Numbered from the stretch's first letter, positions 19,825 through 29,922 are shown. The stretch: 56,846 nucleotides of DNA from a virus (IMGVR_UViG_3300032046_003054:1-56846), one strand, 5' to 3'. Notes: a model not told the origin generated them from the letters alone. Program-made: numbers and translations.

Positions 19825-20151
19825 TTATATCTTTGTAATTTCTATTATAATATAATCAACTTTTGAAATAAACTTCCTCGCCTGTAAAATCCAAATCTTC
19901 CTGTCGTCCTCAATGTATCCCTTCTTGACAATAATATCAAGCAATAATTTTTCCAGATTGTCAACATCAATTCTCTTTGCATTCTTCAAATAAAACTCCA
20001 AATACACCGCAACCTCACCCTTTATTTTATCACACTTGGGAAGCAGAAGCAAAACCTCTTTTTCATAATCTTCATAATCTTTCGTCTTGAAACGCCTGCC
20101 TTTGAAAGCCCTGTTTATACTCAATGGCTTAATGTCAATTTGTATCCTCAT
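19825..20151 (-). CDS. rusA: RusA-like Holliday junction resolvase
   Basis: PLSIN, IDVDNL.K.LLD, IEDDRKI. Confidence 0.85.
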   Translation of the reverse strand: MRIQIDIKPLSINRAFKGRRFKTKDYEDYEKEVLLLLPKCDKIKGEVAVYLEFYLKNAKRIDVDNLEKLLLDIIVKKGYIEDDRKIWILQARKFISKVDYIIIEITKI

Positions 20152-21320
20152 ACAATTGTTAGCAAAGGGCTCTCCTCCTCTAAGAAGGAATACTCCCCAT
20201 ATCTTCCAGCATCCATTGCGTGGTCATTCACCTTAACTGGTTCATCCTTAAAATCCTCACTAGTTATTTTTCCTTGTTTATCCTTCCACGAATACGATTT
20301 TATCTCTTTTAGTATGTTCACCGACCTTTTTGTTATGAACAACTTATGACTCTTGATATAGTCAATGCCCGCCTGCACCGCCTTGTCGGCAGGCACGATG
20401 TTGAACCCCGCGTCTTGTATCTCCTTTATTCTTGATGGGTCTGTGTCCGAAACTATCCTGTCGGACTCGGATATCTTCAAGTCCTTCAGCTTCCCTATCA
20501 GTTGCTGGTTCGTCAGGTGGCTCTGGTAGAGCATCTCATCCCAGTAGCAATCCTTGTCCTTCTCAACTATCCTCACAAGTGCCGATGGGTTGTTATACCC
20601 GAAGTCCAATCCATAAATTGCTCTATCATAACTTTCAGGTAATTCATCGCAATACTGCCAATGGGTATAGATGACATTCTCGGTTATGCCCCTCAACCCA
20701 AGCCCATAAATCCGCCAGTAGTTCTTGTCCATCTGCTGATAACCCTCAATCTCCCTGACCAATTCTTCCGCCAGAAAAGGATTGTCCTTATAGGTTGAAC
20801 GTATGACCGTGCAGTTCTTCTTTGTCTGGAGCTCGTCGTAAATCCAGTGAAACTGGTGCGAGGGGTTGTAGTCCATAAATATCTGCTTGTCCGTCCTCAT
20901 TGACATCTGCCTGTAATCCTCAAGGTTGAACTCATTCGCCTCATTCATCCACAGATAATTCCTTCTCCTGCTCCTGACCTTCATCGGCTCGTCAATTGAA
21001 ATAAAATCAACCTCGTTCGTCTTATATCTGAAAATGTGCTCCGACTTATTGTGCAAATCCTCCCTGTAAATACCCATATCCCTGACAATGCTGAAAAAGT
21101 CCTTCATAGCCGTAGCCCTCAATGCTGGAAAGGTCTTTCTGGCTATCGTCAACTGACAATTGTTTTCTTCCAGTAGTATTATCGCAAATAGTTGTGCTAA
21201 TGAATAAGTTTTACTACTCCCAGTGCCTCCCTCATTAATAACGATTCTATATTTTTTATCTCTAAACTCCTGCAGGTTCTTCTGGAATACTATTGTGCTC
21301 TTCAGGTTTATTTCCGTCAT
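20148..21320 (-). CDS. terL: Terminase large subunit (PBSX family)
   Basis: EGGTGSSKT, WMNEANE, DYNP, STYKDNPF, GLDFGY, NDHAMDAGRY. Confidence 0.95.
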   Translation of the reverse strand: MTEINLKSTIVFQKNLQEFRDKKYRIVINEGGTGSSKTYSLAQLFAIILLEENNCQLTIARKTFPALRATAMKDFFSIVRDMGIYREDLHNKSEHIFRYKTNEVDFISIDEPMKVRSRRRNYLWMNEANEFNLEDYRQMSMRTDKQIFMDYNPSHQFHWIYDELQTKKNCTVIRSTYKDNPFLAEELVREIEGYQQMDKNYWRIYGLGLRGITENVIYTHWQYCDELPESYDRAIYGLDFGYNNPSALVRIVEKDKDCYWDEMLYQSHLTNQQLIGKLKDLKISESDRIVSDTDPSRIKEIQDAGFNIVPADKAVQAGIDYIKSHKLFITKRSVNILKEIKSYSWKDKQGKITSEDFKDEPVKVNDHAMDAGRYGEYSFLEEESPLLTIV

Positions 21321-21837
21321 TTTTTTGTATTATTTCTATCTTAATTTTATTTATATCCTCTTCCGCCCCGATGCCCAGCTTCTGGATGTTAATTGGTAGC
21401 CCCAATTCTATTTGTATTCGTTTGTATATTTCACTAATACTATCTGAATATTGTTTAAAAAAAGTATAATCATTTTTATTCAAAGGTTTTTCAGGATTTG
21501 GATTCACTATTCTTCCAAGTATTTCAAGATATTTTGAGTCTAAACCAAAAAGCAATTTTTTATTAATTAAAAGGTCTTGAAGGGATATTTTTAACTTTTC
21601 CATTAACTCTTTATCTGCTTGTTTTTGTATATTTTCTACTCTTTTTTGTTTCCAAACTTTTTTCTCTTCTGTCCAACCCTCAACTTTGCTTTTTATCCAT
21701 CCGCTGTGTTCCACCGTTTCCGCACCCAATTTTGACTTAATAAAAGTAAATGATTCTAATATATCAGAATTAAAAAATTCCTGCTTCAAAGCATCCCAGT
21801 CATATTTGGCTCTTCCTTCTTTTATTTCTTCTGTCAT
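21262..21837 (-). CDS. Putative terminase small subunit
   Basis: Overlaps terL start; KYDWDALKQEF N-terminus, helical body, KIKIEII tail. Confidence 0.6.
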   Translation of the reverse strand: MTEEIKEGRAKYDWDALKQEFFNSDILESFTFIKSKLGAETVEHSGWIKSKVEGWTEEKKVWKQKRVENIQKQADKELMEKLKISLQDLLINKKLLFGLDSKYLEILGRIVNPNPEKPLNKNDYTFFKQYSDSISEIYKRIQIELGLPINIQKLGIGAEEDINKIKIEIIQKNDGNKPEEHNSIPEEPAGV

Positions 21838-23054
21838 AGTTTTGTTGCCTTTTGATTAGTAAATTTTTCAAAACGGTCAATAATAACTTGACAATACTTT
21901 TCATCTATTTCCATCATATAACATTTTCTATTTAATTGTTCGCAGGCGATTAGGGTGCTTCCTGAACCACCAAAGAGGTCTAATACTATTTGATTTCTTT
22001 CAGAATATCTTTCTAAAATTTCTTTCATCAAATTTAATTGTTTAGGACAACTATGTCCCCCCACATCTTTTTGTCTTATATTATTAATTTCAAAAATATC
22101 GCTATTCTCTACAATAAATCTTTTTGCTGTTTCTACATTTTTAATAACTTCTTCGTCTAAAATCTTTAAGTCTCCTGTTAAAATATCATTTGGAATTTTT
22201 CTTCTTTTAATTTTTTTAGCATAAATTAAAATCGGTTCCCAAATACTAAATAAACTAATCCTACTTCCACTTGTTTTATTTCTTGCTATCCAAATTGCTG
22301 TTCCTAATGGTCTTTCTATATTATACCACATCTTCAAATTCCATTTCCCAATAGTCAAAATAATAATAGGAACAAATTTTATAAGTTCTCTAAACCATAA
22401 TTCACACCATTCTCTGTATTCTTTGGTTTCTTTTTTATCCAAAAAATCCCAATAATCATAACCAATATTATATGGCGGGTCACAAAAAGAAATATCCGCC
22501 TTCTCTCCCCCCATCAGCTTTTCCACATCTTTCTTTTTTGTGCTATCCCCACATAATAATCTATGATTTCCAAGTTGGTATAAATCCCCCAATTTAACCA
22601 ATGGTTCTTTAATTTTTTCGTATTCCTCCTCTGCATCAAAATCATCTTCATTGGTTTTTAATCCAAAAATCTCATCTAATTCATCTGATTCAAATCCCAC
22701 ATCTTTTAACATATCTTCATTAAAATTTGCCAATTCTTCAAAATTCCATTCACCCAAATTTTTATTTGCTCTCAAAAGATATTCCCAATGTTCTTCTTCG
22801 GTTAATTGTCTATTCGGCACTCGGACATCTATTTCCTCTCCTTGTTTCCCGTCTAATTTCAAAAGAATTATTCTTTGATGCCCTGAGATTATCCTATTAT
22901 CCAAATTTATTGCGGGAATTTCTACCAAATTAAACTTCTTTAAAGATTTCTTCAAATCTTCCGCTTGCTTTTCGGTCATTTGTCTTGGATTCCCTTCTGT
23001 CGGGATTAACTCTCCAATTTTTCTCTTTTCGGTATGCCAAATTAATTTTTCCAT
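21834..23054 (-). CDS. ParB-N domain + N4/N6 DNA methyltransferase
   Basis: NPRQ, ISGHQR; HRLLCGDST, CDPPY, HSCPK, LDLFGGSGSTLIA. Confidence 0.92.
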   Translation of the reverse strand: MEKLIWHTEKRKIGELIPTEGNPRQMTEKQAEDLKKSLKKFNLVEIPAINLDNRIISGHQRIILLKLDGKQGEEIDVRVPNRQLTEEEHWEYLLRANKNLGEWNFEELANFNEDMLKDVGFESDELDEIFGLKTNEDDFDAEEEYEKIKEPLVKLGDLYQLGNHRLLCGDSTKKKDVEKLMGGEKADISFCDPPYNIGYDYWDFLDKKETKEYREWCELWFRELIKFVPIIILTIGKWNLKMWYNIERPLGTAIWIARNKTSGSRISLFSIWEPILIYAKKIKRRKIPNDILTGDLKILDEEVIKNVETAKRFIVENSDIFEINNIRQKDVGGHSCPKQLNLMKEILERYSERNQIVLDLFGGSGSTLIACEQLNRKCYMMEIDEKYCQVIIDRFEKFTNQKATKL

Positions 23055-23080
23055 TTTTATCTTATAAATTTATTAACCCA

Positions 23081-23141
23081 ACATTTCCCCGCCTTTTTTC
23101 TAAAAACGCTTCCTGCGGGCAATTAAGGCGTAAAGTTATAG
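23081..23141 (-). repeat. 61-bp dispersed element, inverted copy of 38875-38935
   Basis: 49/61 identical in an ungapped hand alignment. Confidence 0.85.
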
Positions 23142-23160
23142 GCTCAAATCTGCTGACACC

Positions 23161-23931
23161 CTATAACTTTGCCGATAATCTCCTCTGGCCTTCCAAATAC
23201 AGCTTATTCCAAGAATAGTTCGGTTCAAACATTTTATGCTTATCATTCTTTATTATCTTACAATAATCTGGATATTTTTTCATTAAATAAATACAGTGTT
23301 CTTTAACAAGTTCTCCGTTCCTATAAAAAACTTCAAGCCCCCCTTTCTGTGTCGCCATTTTGTGAACAAACATATACTCATTCCAAGTAGCAGTTTTATA
23401 TCCATTCAAAAGAAGTCTTGCCGTTAATTCCCTATCATTAAACATTTTCAAGTTTTCATCATACCCTCCCGCTTTTTTCAACTTTTCAGCATCAATAAAA
23501 ACCAATCCCCAGCCTTGTGTAATCATTTTTATCGGTTTCTCATAATACCAATTATGTCCTATAAAACTAACGCTCAATTGTGCCAAGTCAAAATTCTTAA
23601 TTATAGCTTCACCCTCTTTCAAAAATATGTCAATCTCTTCTGGTTTAACAGTTTCCGACTTTTCTCTTGTTATTCTTTTTTTAAGCCCATAAATATCATC
23701 ATCACTAAATAGATAGTATTTCTCTTTATTTTTAAGCGTATAATCTATTAAAGCATTTGAAAAATATCCGAAGCCAGCATCATTTTTTTCCAGTTTAACT
23801 ATTTCTAAGTCTGGATTTTCTTTTTTATATTCATCATAAAACTGCGGTTCAACAAATAGAACTATTTTCTTGTCAAATATCTTTTTAAGGGAGAATTGTA
23901 GTCGTTGTCGGCTTCCAACTAATATCTTCAT
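23161..23931 (-). CDS. GT-A glycosyltransferase, TET-associated (TAGT/GREB1-like) type
   Basis: ILVGSRQR, FVEPQFYDEY, FSDDDI, NDREL, QKGGL; context next to ParB and radical SAM genes. Confidence 0.65.
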   Translation of the reverse strand: MKILVGSRQRLQFSLKKIFDKKIVLFVEPQFYDEYKKENPDLEIVKLEKNDAGFGYFSNALIDYTLKNKEKYYLFSDDDIYGLKKRITREKSETVKPEEIDIFLKEGEAIIKNFDLAQLSVSFIGHNWYYEKPIKMITQGWGLVFIDAEKLKKAGGYDENLKMFNDRELTARLLLNGYKTATWNEYMFVHKMATQKGGLEVFYRNGELVKEHCIYLMKKYPDYCKIIKNDKHKMFEPNYSWNKLYLEGQRRLSAKL

Positions 23932-25192
23932 TGGTTTTGAAAGTTATCATTAACTTTATAAATTATATTTCCCTCTTGGTCAATTCCCATTGGCTTCAAA
24001 TATCCTGCAAAATACAGATAAGGGCAGTATCCTTGTTTCTTGGTTGTATTCCACAAAGACCTTACATATTCTTTCCCATTCTGTATCTTCCTTTTCCTTG
24101 AACACATTCTACTTCTCGCTATCCAAATCTCTCCACTCTTGAAAACCTGTGCCCAATCAATACTCGCTTCCACATCTTTCCAATAAACTATGCCTTTTTC
24201 CTTCGCAATTTTCAATGCCAAATTAAATGGCGAAGTCATAAAATTACAACTATCTGCTAATCCGCAACAACTTAGATTATCATTTAAAAATTTGAAATGC
24301 GGGTCTGAAATTGCAAAGCGTAATCCCAATTCGTGGCATAATTCTTTCATTCTATAAACATATTTCTCTTTTAGTTTTGGATTCAATCGCATATAAGAAA
24401 CTGCACCCGTGCTCAATTTCCTGTAATACTCAAAAATATCATATCCCAGCACTTTGCTTAATATCTCATATCTTTCCCGAACTTTTACCCCAGCCATTCT
24501 CTGAATGCAAAGCCATTCAACTGATATGGCTTCCGCCCCGCATTCGTGTGCCTTCCTTATCAAATCTTCATAACAATTACTCGTAATGCCTTGCAGGAAT
24601 GGTCTAATCCTAATTATCTGGGGAATGCCCATATCGTGATAAAACTTCATCGTGGCGAACCTTTCTGACGAACTGGGAGCGTTAACTTCTATCTGTCTAG
24701 CTTCTTCATCATCATCAGTTATAATCGTCCACATTATAACAAAGTTTTTTGACCCCCTAAATGCTTCAATGTATTCTGGCTTCATCAGGGTTCTCGCCCC
24801 TTTTGTGCAAATACGAATAGGATAATCTAATTCTCTAAAAAACTTTACCAATTTCAAACTCTCACCTTCTTTTTCTTCTATGGTATCAAATGGGTCTGTC
24901 AATCCGCCCCACTGCATCATCTTTTTGTTTTTAATGAAAATCTCATAAAACTTTTTTGATTGTTTATCTCCTGCTTTCCCACTAAAAATCTTTTTAATCC
25001 TTTCAATGTTCACTTTTGTAATCCAATCACCCTTCTCTTCTCTTGAATTACAAGCTGGATTATTAGCCCTTATCATCCAAGAAAAACAGTAAAGACATTG
25101 ATAACCACAGGTGCTATACGTGTCAAATGTTAATGGAACTGAACAATCCATCGTTTCGTACGATAAACGAGGAGAATTATAGGTCGCCTTCA
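23928..25192 (-). CDS. Radical SAM protein, spore-photoproduct-lyase-like family
   Basis: DTYSTCGYQCLYCF, WGGLTDPF, TK, AP.SSERF, CCG; likely start MKATYNSPR. Confidence 0.88.
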
Positions 25193-25743
25193 TTTTGGAA
25201 ATAATTTGTCCACTTTTTTCTTCCATAATTTGTTTTACTATGACAACTATTACATAAAGAAATCAAATTTTTAGGGTCTGAATTTTTCTTATTATAATCT
25301 ATATGATGAACATACAAAACTTTAAATTTTTTCTTACACAATCTACAATGATATTTATCTCTTTTTCTAATAAGTATTTTTAATTCTTCATCAAAATTAA
25401 AGTCATATGGCTCTCTTGAAATTCCACCCCGCCAGTTTGAATTATCTTTTCCCTTATATTGTGGTGGTTTTATTCCTAATCTTAAATTAGCTTCTCTTTG
25501 TTTTTGTTTTGTTTCTTCTGAATGCTTTTTACCCGTAAAGCCCTTACTAAATAATGGATGTCCTTTTTTGAATCCACATTTTCCTTCTGCCACAGCATTT
25601 TTGATACTTTTTCTATGTTTTTCAGATAATTTCCTACCTATGTGAAATTTTCTAATTTTTTCCTTTGTTTCATCTGTATGATGTTTCCCAAGCCAACCAT
25701 TATTGCCTTTCAAAAATCTACCTTTTTTATCTCTTTTAATCAT
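25177..25743 (-). CDS. Free-standing NUMOD3-HNH endonuclease
   Basis: GKHHTDETKEK, GKKHSEETK, VHHIDYNKKN..NLISLCNSCH. Confidence 0.92.
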   Translation of the reverse strand: MIKRDKKGRFLKGNNGWLGKHHTDETKEKIRKFHIGRKLSEKHRKSIKNAVAEGKCGFKKGHPLFSKGFTGKKHSEETKQKQREANLRLGIKPPQYKGKDNSNWRGGISREPYDFNFDEELKILIRKRDKYHCRLCKKKFKVLYVHHIDYNKKNSDPKNLISLCNSCHSKTNYGRKKWTNYFQNEGDL

Positions 25744-25760
25744 AACTTAATCTTGGACTA

Positions 25761-26531
25761 TTATAAGATGCTTTCATTTATAAGTTTCATTAGTTTTTCA
25801 CAATTTGGTTCCTTCTCTCCATCAGGCGTCTCAAAAAAATCGCACGCTTTTTTATAATCTTCTACATTTGGAAAAAAGAAAATAAGCAATGGTCTTTGTC
25901 CGAATTTCTTACCCTCAATATCTGACTTCTCTGTCGGCACATATTTTTTATAGGAATAAATATCAGCCATTGCTTCTGCTCTCTTTGAATCAATCCCATC
26001 ATCCATAAATTTTTTAATCAAAGCATTTCTTTCTGCCTGCACATTTTCGTTAGAATCTAGTTCCCCTAAATCCCTGTTTTCAGCAATACTCAAAATAAAA
26101 TCCAGACGACGGTTGTCCTCTGGAAGCAATTTAATAAGGCTTTCTCTTGGAACAGACAAGTCAATAATAGTTTTCAACAGCACTGCCCTTTTTGTCAAAT
26201 CCTGCGTTCCTTTCAATTCATTTAAAGTAGCCAGCAAGAGCATTTCCGTCTTATCATCCACATCCCAGACATCGCACTCCACCTCTTTATATTCAAGTTG
26301 CTTCAAAGCCCATAACCTGTTGTGCCCGTCAATAATACGATAACCCTCTGGCTTACCATCGGTGTTTTTAATATCAAATTCTGTCGGTGGCTCTGATATC
26401 CTCCTGACAATTATCCTCGGATATTTCCCGCCCTGCTCCTTGATGTTTGAAACCAGTTTTTCCCTGATTTCATCAAGCATCACATTAGCATTTAAAAGAT
26501 TATTTTTTATCTCTTGTATTTTTATTAGCAT
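25761..26531 (-). CDS. ParB/Srx N-terminal domain protein
   Basis: NANVM, IIVR, YRIIDGHNRLWAL, LNELKG. Confidence 0.85.
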   Translation of the reverse strand: MLIKIQEIKNNLLNANVMLDEIREKLVSNIKEQGGKYPRIIVRRISEPPTEFDIKNTDGKPEGYRIIDGHNRLWALKQLEYKEVECDVWDVDDKTEMLLLATLNELKGTQDLTKRAVLLKTIIDLSVPRESLIKLLPEDNRRLDFILSIAENRDLGELDSNENVQAERNALIKKFMDDGIDSKRAEAMADIYSYKKYVPTEKSDIEGKKFGQRPLLIFFFPNVEDYKKACDFFETPDGEKEPNCEKLMKLINESIL

Positions 26532-26566
26532 AGTTGTAGTTCTTTCGCTGATTTGCGAAACAACTT

Positions 26567-26950
26567 TTATTTAATTTTATTTAGAAATTCATAAAAATCC
26601 CTCCACTCGTTTTTTATCTCCACGATGTCTCCGTTCGGATTTTTAACCTGCCTCCACTTTAAGAAGGCGTCTTCAACTTCCTCCTGCACAAACAAAACCT
26701 TGCCCAAACTTTCAGCCAAATCTTCAATTATCTTGTCCTGACATTCAATTTTCGCCTTCGCCTTTGCTTCAATCTGGCGAACACGCTCCCTCGTCAAGTA
26801 TAGTTTATCACCTATCTCCTGCAAGGAAAATCCCTGCTCCCTCAGACTCAGGACGGTCTTCTCGTTCTTTTTCAGTCCGGCAATAAAAGGATAGACAAGG
26901 TCTTTATCCTTTATTTCGGTTTCAAGTATAATTTTTATCTGATTTTTCAT
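26567..26950 (-). CDS. Sigma-70 region 4 HTH protein
   Basis: SLQEIGDKLYLTRERVRQIEAKA. Confidence 0.85.
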   Translation of the reverse strand: MKNQIKIILETEIKDKDLVYPFIAGLKKNEKTVLSLREQGFSLQEIGDKLYLTRERVRQIEAKAKAKIECQDKIIEDLAESLGKVLFVQEEVEDAFLKWRQVKNPNGDIVEIKNEWRDFYEFLNKIK

Positions 26951-27197
26951 TGTCTATTGGTTTTGATTCAACCTTTTTTTGGGGCAGTCCGTATTGTCTA
27001 TTGGTTTATTAATTATTTTTAAAATATTCTATCTGTTTTTCCCAAAACTTTCTATGAGGGCTACTCCTGTTCTCATTTATCAATTTAATATATTTTAAAA
27101 CCTTATTGGCGTGAGTTCTTTGTTTTTGATGAGATTTCTCTCCTGCTGATTTTAGTTTTTTTCTATTTGGCATATTGGTTTATTAATTTAATACCCT

Positions 27198-27395
27198 TCA
27201 TAGATATAATAACTCTTTTAATTTCTTAAATGCCTTTTTAAAGGTTGGTTCACAAAAACCCACTCCTGCCCCTGCAAAATTCTTGGTTTCAATACAATAA
27301 AGTTTGTCCTTATATTCGCAGTTGTTTTTAGTTCCTTTTCTTTCTCTTATTCTGCGAACCTTTATTGTTAGATATAATATTTCTTCGTCTTTCAT
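27198..27395 (-). CDS. Hypothetical protein
   Basis: 65-aa ORF, ATGA-coupled to upstream gene. Confidence 0.5.
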   Translation of the reverse strand: MKDEEILYLTIKVRRIRERKGTKNNCEYKDKLYCIETKNFAGAGVGFCEPTFKKAFKKLKELLYL

Positions 27396-27835
27396 TGGAT
27401 TAAGAGTTTAAGCAAATCTTCTGGTAAAACTGCACCATCTTTCCACTGCTTTCTACACCATTTTATCATCCTTTCTTTCTCACTCTTTACTCCTTCCTCA
27501 AAAGCCTTCTTCTCAAAGAATTTGTCGTATCCTCTTTTTTGCCCGACTTCTTTCCAAACACTCACACTATAGCAGGGGTCTTTTTGTCCTTCTTTGTAAG
27601 AGAGTTCTTTTTGGGCGGAAATAAAAAGGACAATTTCTTCATAATCCATACCTTCGTGCCATTTTTTGGAAAATTCTTCCTGCCAAGTTTGGGTTGGATA
27701 ACATATTTCACAATCTTTTCTCCCACAGGGTTCGTTATTCCAGTTCTTTTCTTTGGTGGGTGGGACTTTCTTTAATGGACTTCCATCTTTATTTCTTGTT
27801 TCTAACAAATCAATATTATTTCTTGTTTCTAACAT
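27392..27835 (-). CDS. Hypothetical protein with duplicated LETRN motif
   Basis: 147 aa; CxxxxCxxC. Confidence 0.55.
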   Translation of the reverse strand: MLETRNNIDLLETRNKDGSPLKKVPPTKEKNWNNEPCGRKDCEICYPTQTWQEEFSKKWHEGMDYEEIVLFISAQKELSYKEGQKDPCYSVSVWKEVGQKRGYDKFFEKKAFEEGVKSEKERMIKWCRKQWKDGAVLPEDLLKLLIQ

Positions 27836-27869
27836 ATTATTTTGTTTAATTATTTATTGACTAACCTCT

Positions 27870-28016
27870 TCATTCTTTTTCCTCGTGTCTAATTGTTGCT
27901 TTGACATAACCTTCCTCTTTTGTAGCAGGTCTAAAAGTTTTTTTAACTACTCTCATACCGCATTTTTGGCAATACTCTCGGTTTTTATCTAAAATATGTT
28001 CACAATTATTTTTCAT
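27870..28016 (-). CDS. Small Cys-containing protein (48 aa)
   Basis: Hand-translated MKNNCEH...YCQKCG...EEKE*. Confidence 0.5.
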   Translation of the reverse strand: MKNNCEHILDKNREYCQKCGMRVVKKTFRPATKEEGYVKATIRHEEKE

Positions 28017-28045
28017 TTTCTTTCTCTTTAATAATATTCCTCAGA

Positions 28046-28177
28046 GAGAGTGGGCTGGGCGAGAGGTGCAAGCTCTGACCTTGCATTTCCCCGATGGTCG
28101 GGGAAGTTAGTTTTGCACTAACGATGGATATTCCCAGCTGGAATATTACCCACTCCTCTCTCACTCAACCCGCTCTC
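28046..28177 (-). ncRNA. Candidate structured RNA, copy 1 (closing stem + four internal hairpins)
   Basis: GAGAGCGGGTTGAGT...GCCCAGCCCACTCTC arms shared with copy 2; GC-rich intergenic segment. Confidence 0.55.
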
Positions 28178-28178
28178 C

Positions 28179-28478
28179 CTACCTATGGGTGGGGGTTGTT
28201 GTGTAATATATCGGCATTCCTAAATTCCTAACTTCAAATACTATCCTTTCACGCTCTTTTATATATGCACCGCAAAATATCATTAATGCCGACAATTCAT
28301 TTTCATCAAGTAAATTTGTCTGAGCTAAATTTCTACCAAAAATAAACATATCAGCTGGCCAATTTATATTACTTTTTTTAGATGTAATCGTAAATTGCGG
28401 GGTATTATCTTTATCTTTCCAAAATTGCATTGAAAATAAAGCATTTTTTATTAACTTGTAATCTCTACTTTTCTTCAT
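28179..28478 (-). CDS. Cassette-array hypothetical protein
   Basis: Starts in repeat R3; last codons PTHR* are encoded by repeat R4. Confidence 0.6.
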   Translation of the reverse strand: MKKSRDYKLIKNALFSMQFWKDKDNTPQFTITSKKSNINWPADMFIFGRNLAQTNLLDENELSALMIFCGAYIKERERIVFEVRNLGMPIYYTTTPTHR

Positions 28479-28513
28479 ATTTATTTTATTTACTTTCTTT
28501 TTCCTCTCCCTAC

Positions 28514-28720
28514 CTATGGGAGGGGGTTAAAGTATTTTTCTATTTCTTCAAATTGATTTTCTTCTAAGAATTTAATTTGATATTTTTTCTTTAACGCTCC
28601 CCATTCTTCTTTTTTTAATCCCATAGCTTTAACAAGACCTATAATGTCATCTCTATTGTGCACTCCGTGGCAAAAACCAAGTAATTGCTGTTCAGCTTTC
28701 ATTAGATTTATGTTGTTCAT
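28514..28720 (-). CDS. Cassette-array hypothetical protein
   Basis: Start reassigned to the ATG in repeat R3 (MNNINL); ends NPLP* within R4. Confidence 0.6.
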   Translation of the reverse strand: MNNINLMKAEQQLLGFCHGVHNRDDIIGLVKAMGLKKEEWGALKKKYQIKFLEENQFEEIEKYFNPLP

Positions 28721-28751
28721 ATTTATTTTATTTAATTTCTTTTTCCTAAAA

Positions 28752-28844
28752 GAGAGTGGGCTGGGCAAGGGATATGTGGAACCGCCCCACCTACTTTACT
28801 GCAGTAAGTAGCACTCATCTTTATCCCCTACTCAACCCGCTCTC
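28752..28844 (-). ncRNA. Candidate structured RNA, copy 2 (same closing stem, different interior)
   Basis: Same 15-nt arms; inner stem GGGATA/TATCCC and two hairpins. Confidence 0.55.
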
Positions 28845-28862
28845 CCTACCTATGGGTGGGGG

Positions 28863-29087
28863 TTAACCATCGTGAATACATAACTCCCATTTACATTTAG
28901 GACATTTTATCGCTGTATAATAATCTCCAACTCCCACTATGAATTCTGTACCACCGCATTTCTTACACTTTACTTTTGAAGCAGGGACTTTGTCATAACA
29001 TTGACCTATTTCAAATTCATCATCATCTGTTTTTATGATTACGTCTTCATAATTTGGTTGTTCATAGTCTTCGTTAAATTTCTTCAT
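28863..29087 (-). CDS. Cassette-array zinc-ribbon protein
   Basis: CKKC...CPKC; starts in R3. Confidence 0.65.
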   Translation of the reverse strand: MKKFNEDYEQPNYEDVIIKTDDDEFEIGQCYDKVPASKVKCKKCGGTEFIVGVGDYYTAIKCPKCKWELCIHDG

Positions 29088-29124
29088 ATTTATTTTATTT
29101 TACTTTCTTTTTCCTTCTCGGGGG

Positions 29125-29376
29125 TTAAATCGCACTTCTCGCATACTTATCAAAAATCTTGTTTCTTTTAATCTTATCAGTTTCTACTTTGTATTTTTCA
29201 AAGTATTTATCCTCCATATAATAAGCCATCATATAAGCCCAAGGGTCTGAATCAAAAGTGGATTTACTTACTACCCCGCCACATAATGAACCGCCACGAT
29301 TCCTAAAAGTGCTTTCTCCCTTCTCTAAAATTTTAGGTTCTTCTCTTTTTTCTTTTGATATTGAGTTTGTGGGCAT
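29125..29376 (-). CDS. Cassette-array hypothetical protein (MPTNSISKE start)
   Basis: Starts in repeat R2. Confidence 0.6.
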   Translation of the reverse strand: MPTNSISKEKREEPKILEKGESTFRNRGGSLCGGVVSKSTFDSDPWAYMMAYYMEDKYFEKYKVETDKIKRNKIFDKYARSAI

Positions 29377-29381
29377 AGGAG

Positions 29382-29723
29382 TTAAGATTTTAATAATGAT
29401 TCGTTTTTACAATTTGAACATTCTGCTTTTTTCTCTAATGTTGTGATTGCAACATGAGTCCCCATTACCCTACCCAACGCTACAATTTGTTTAGCGTGTT
29501 TTTCACAGCAATCTACTGGTCCAGTCACCCAATGGACTGTGCAAGTCGCTGGATATTTTATTTCTTTTTCCTTCTCCTGCCACCAAGTTTTATATCCTTT
29601 TGCTTTTGGGCAACTTATTAAATGCCCTATTTCCTCTCCGGTTTCTTCTGTAAAAGGACAGATGCACTTTGCTTCGGCTTTACTTCTTTTTCTTTCTTCT
29701 TTTGATATTGAGTTTGTGGGCAT
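29382..29723 (-). CDS. Cassette-array Cys-rich protein (MPTNSISKE start)
   Basis: Starts in R2; CIC..H..SC, CCEKH, CSNC. Confidence 0.65.
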   Translation of the reverse strand: MPTNSISKEERKRSKAEAKCICPFTEETGEEIGHLISCPKAKGYKTWWQEKEKEIKYPATCTVHWVTGPVDCCEKHAKQIVALGRVMGTHVAITTLEKKAECSNCKNESLLKS

Positions 29724-29730
29724 AGGGGGT

Positions 29731-29922
29731 TTAGGTTGTTTTTTTAGATGAATTAAATTCTTCCGCCAATTTTTCTACATCTATGCCATTACTATCAACT
29801 TCTTTTCCACATTTAATACATTCATAATGTCCACCTATCGCTCCCCGAGGTTCTTCTCTTGCATATTCCATTACTCCTATGATTTTTGCTTTACAGCATT
29901 TAGATTTTATTTCTTTTTCCAT
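29731..29922 (-). CDS. Cassette-array zinc-finger protein (MEKE start)
   Basis: Starts in R1; SKCC...CIKCG. Confidence 0.65.
   Translation of the reverse strand: MEKEIKSKCCKAKIIGVMEYAREEPRGAIGGHYECIKCGKEVDSNGIDVEKLAEEFNSSKKTT

Noticed and set aside
28046-28177. Possible tRNA
   Set aside because: No T-loop or D-loop consensus, and size and arm number are wrong
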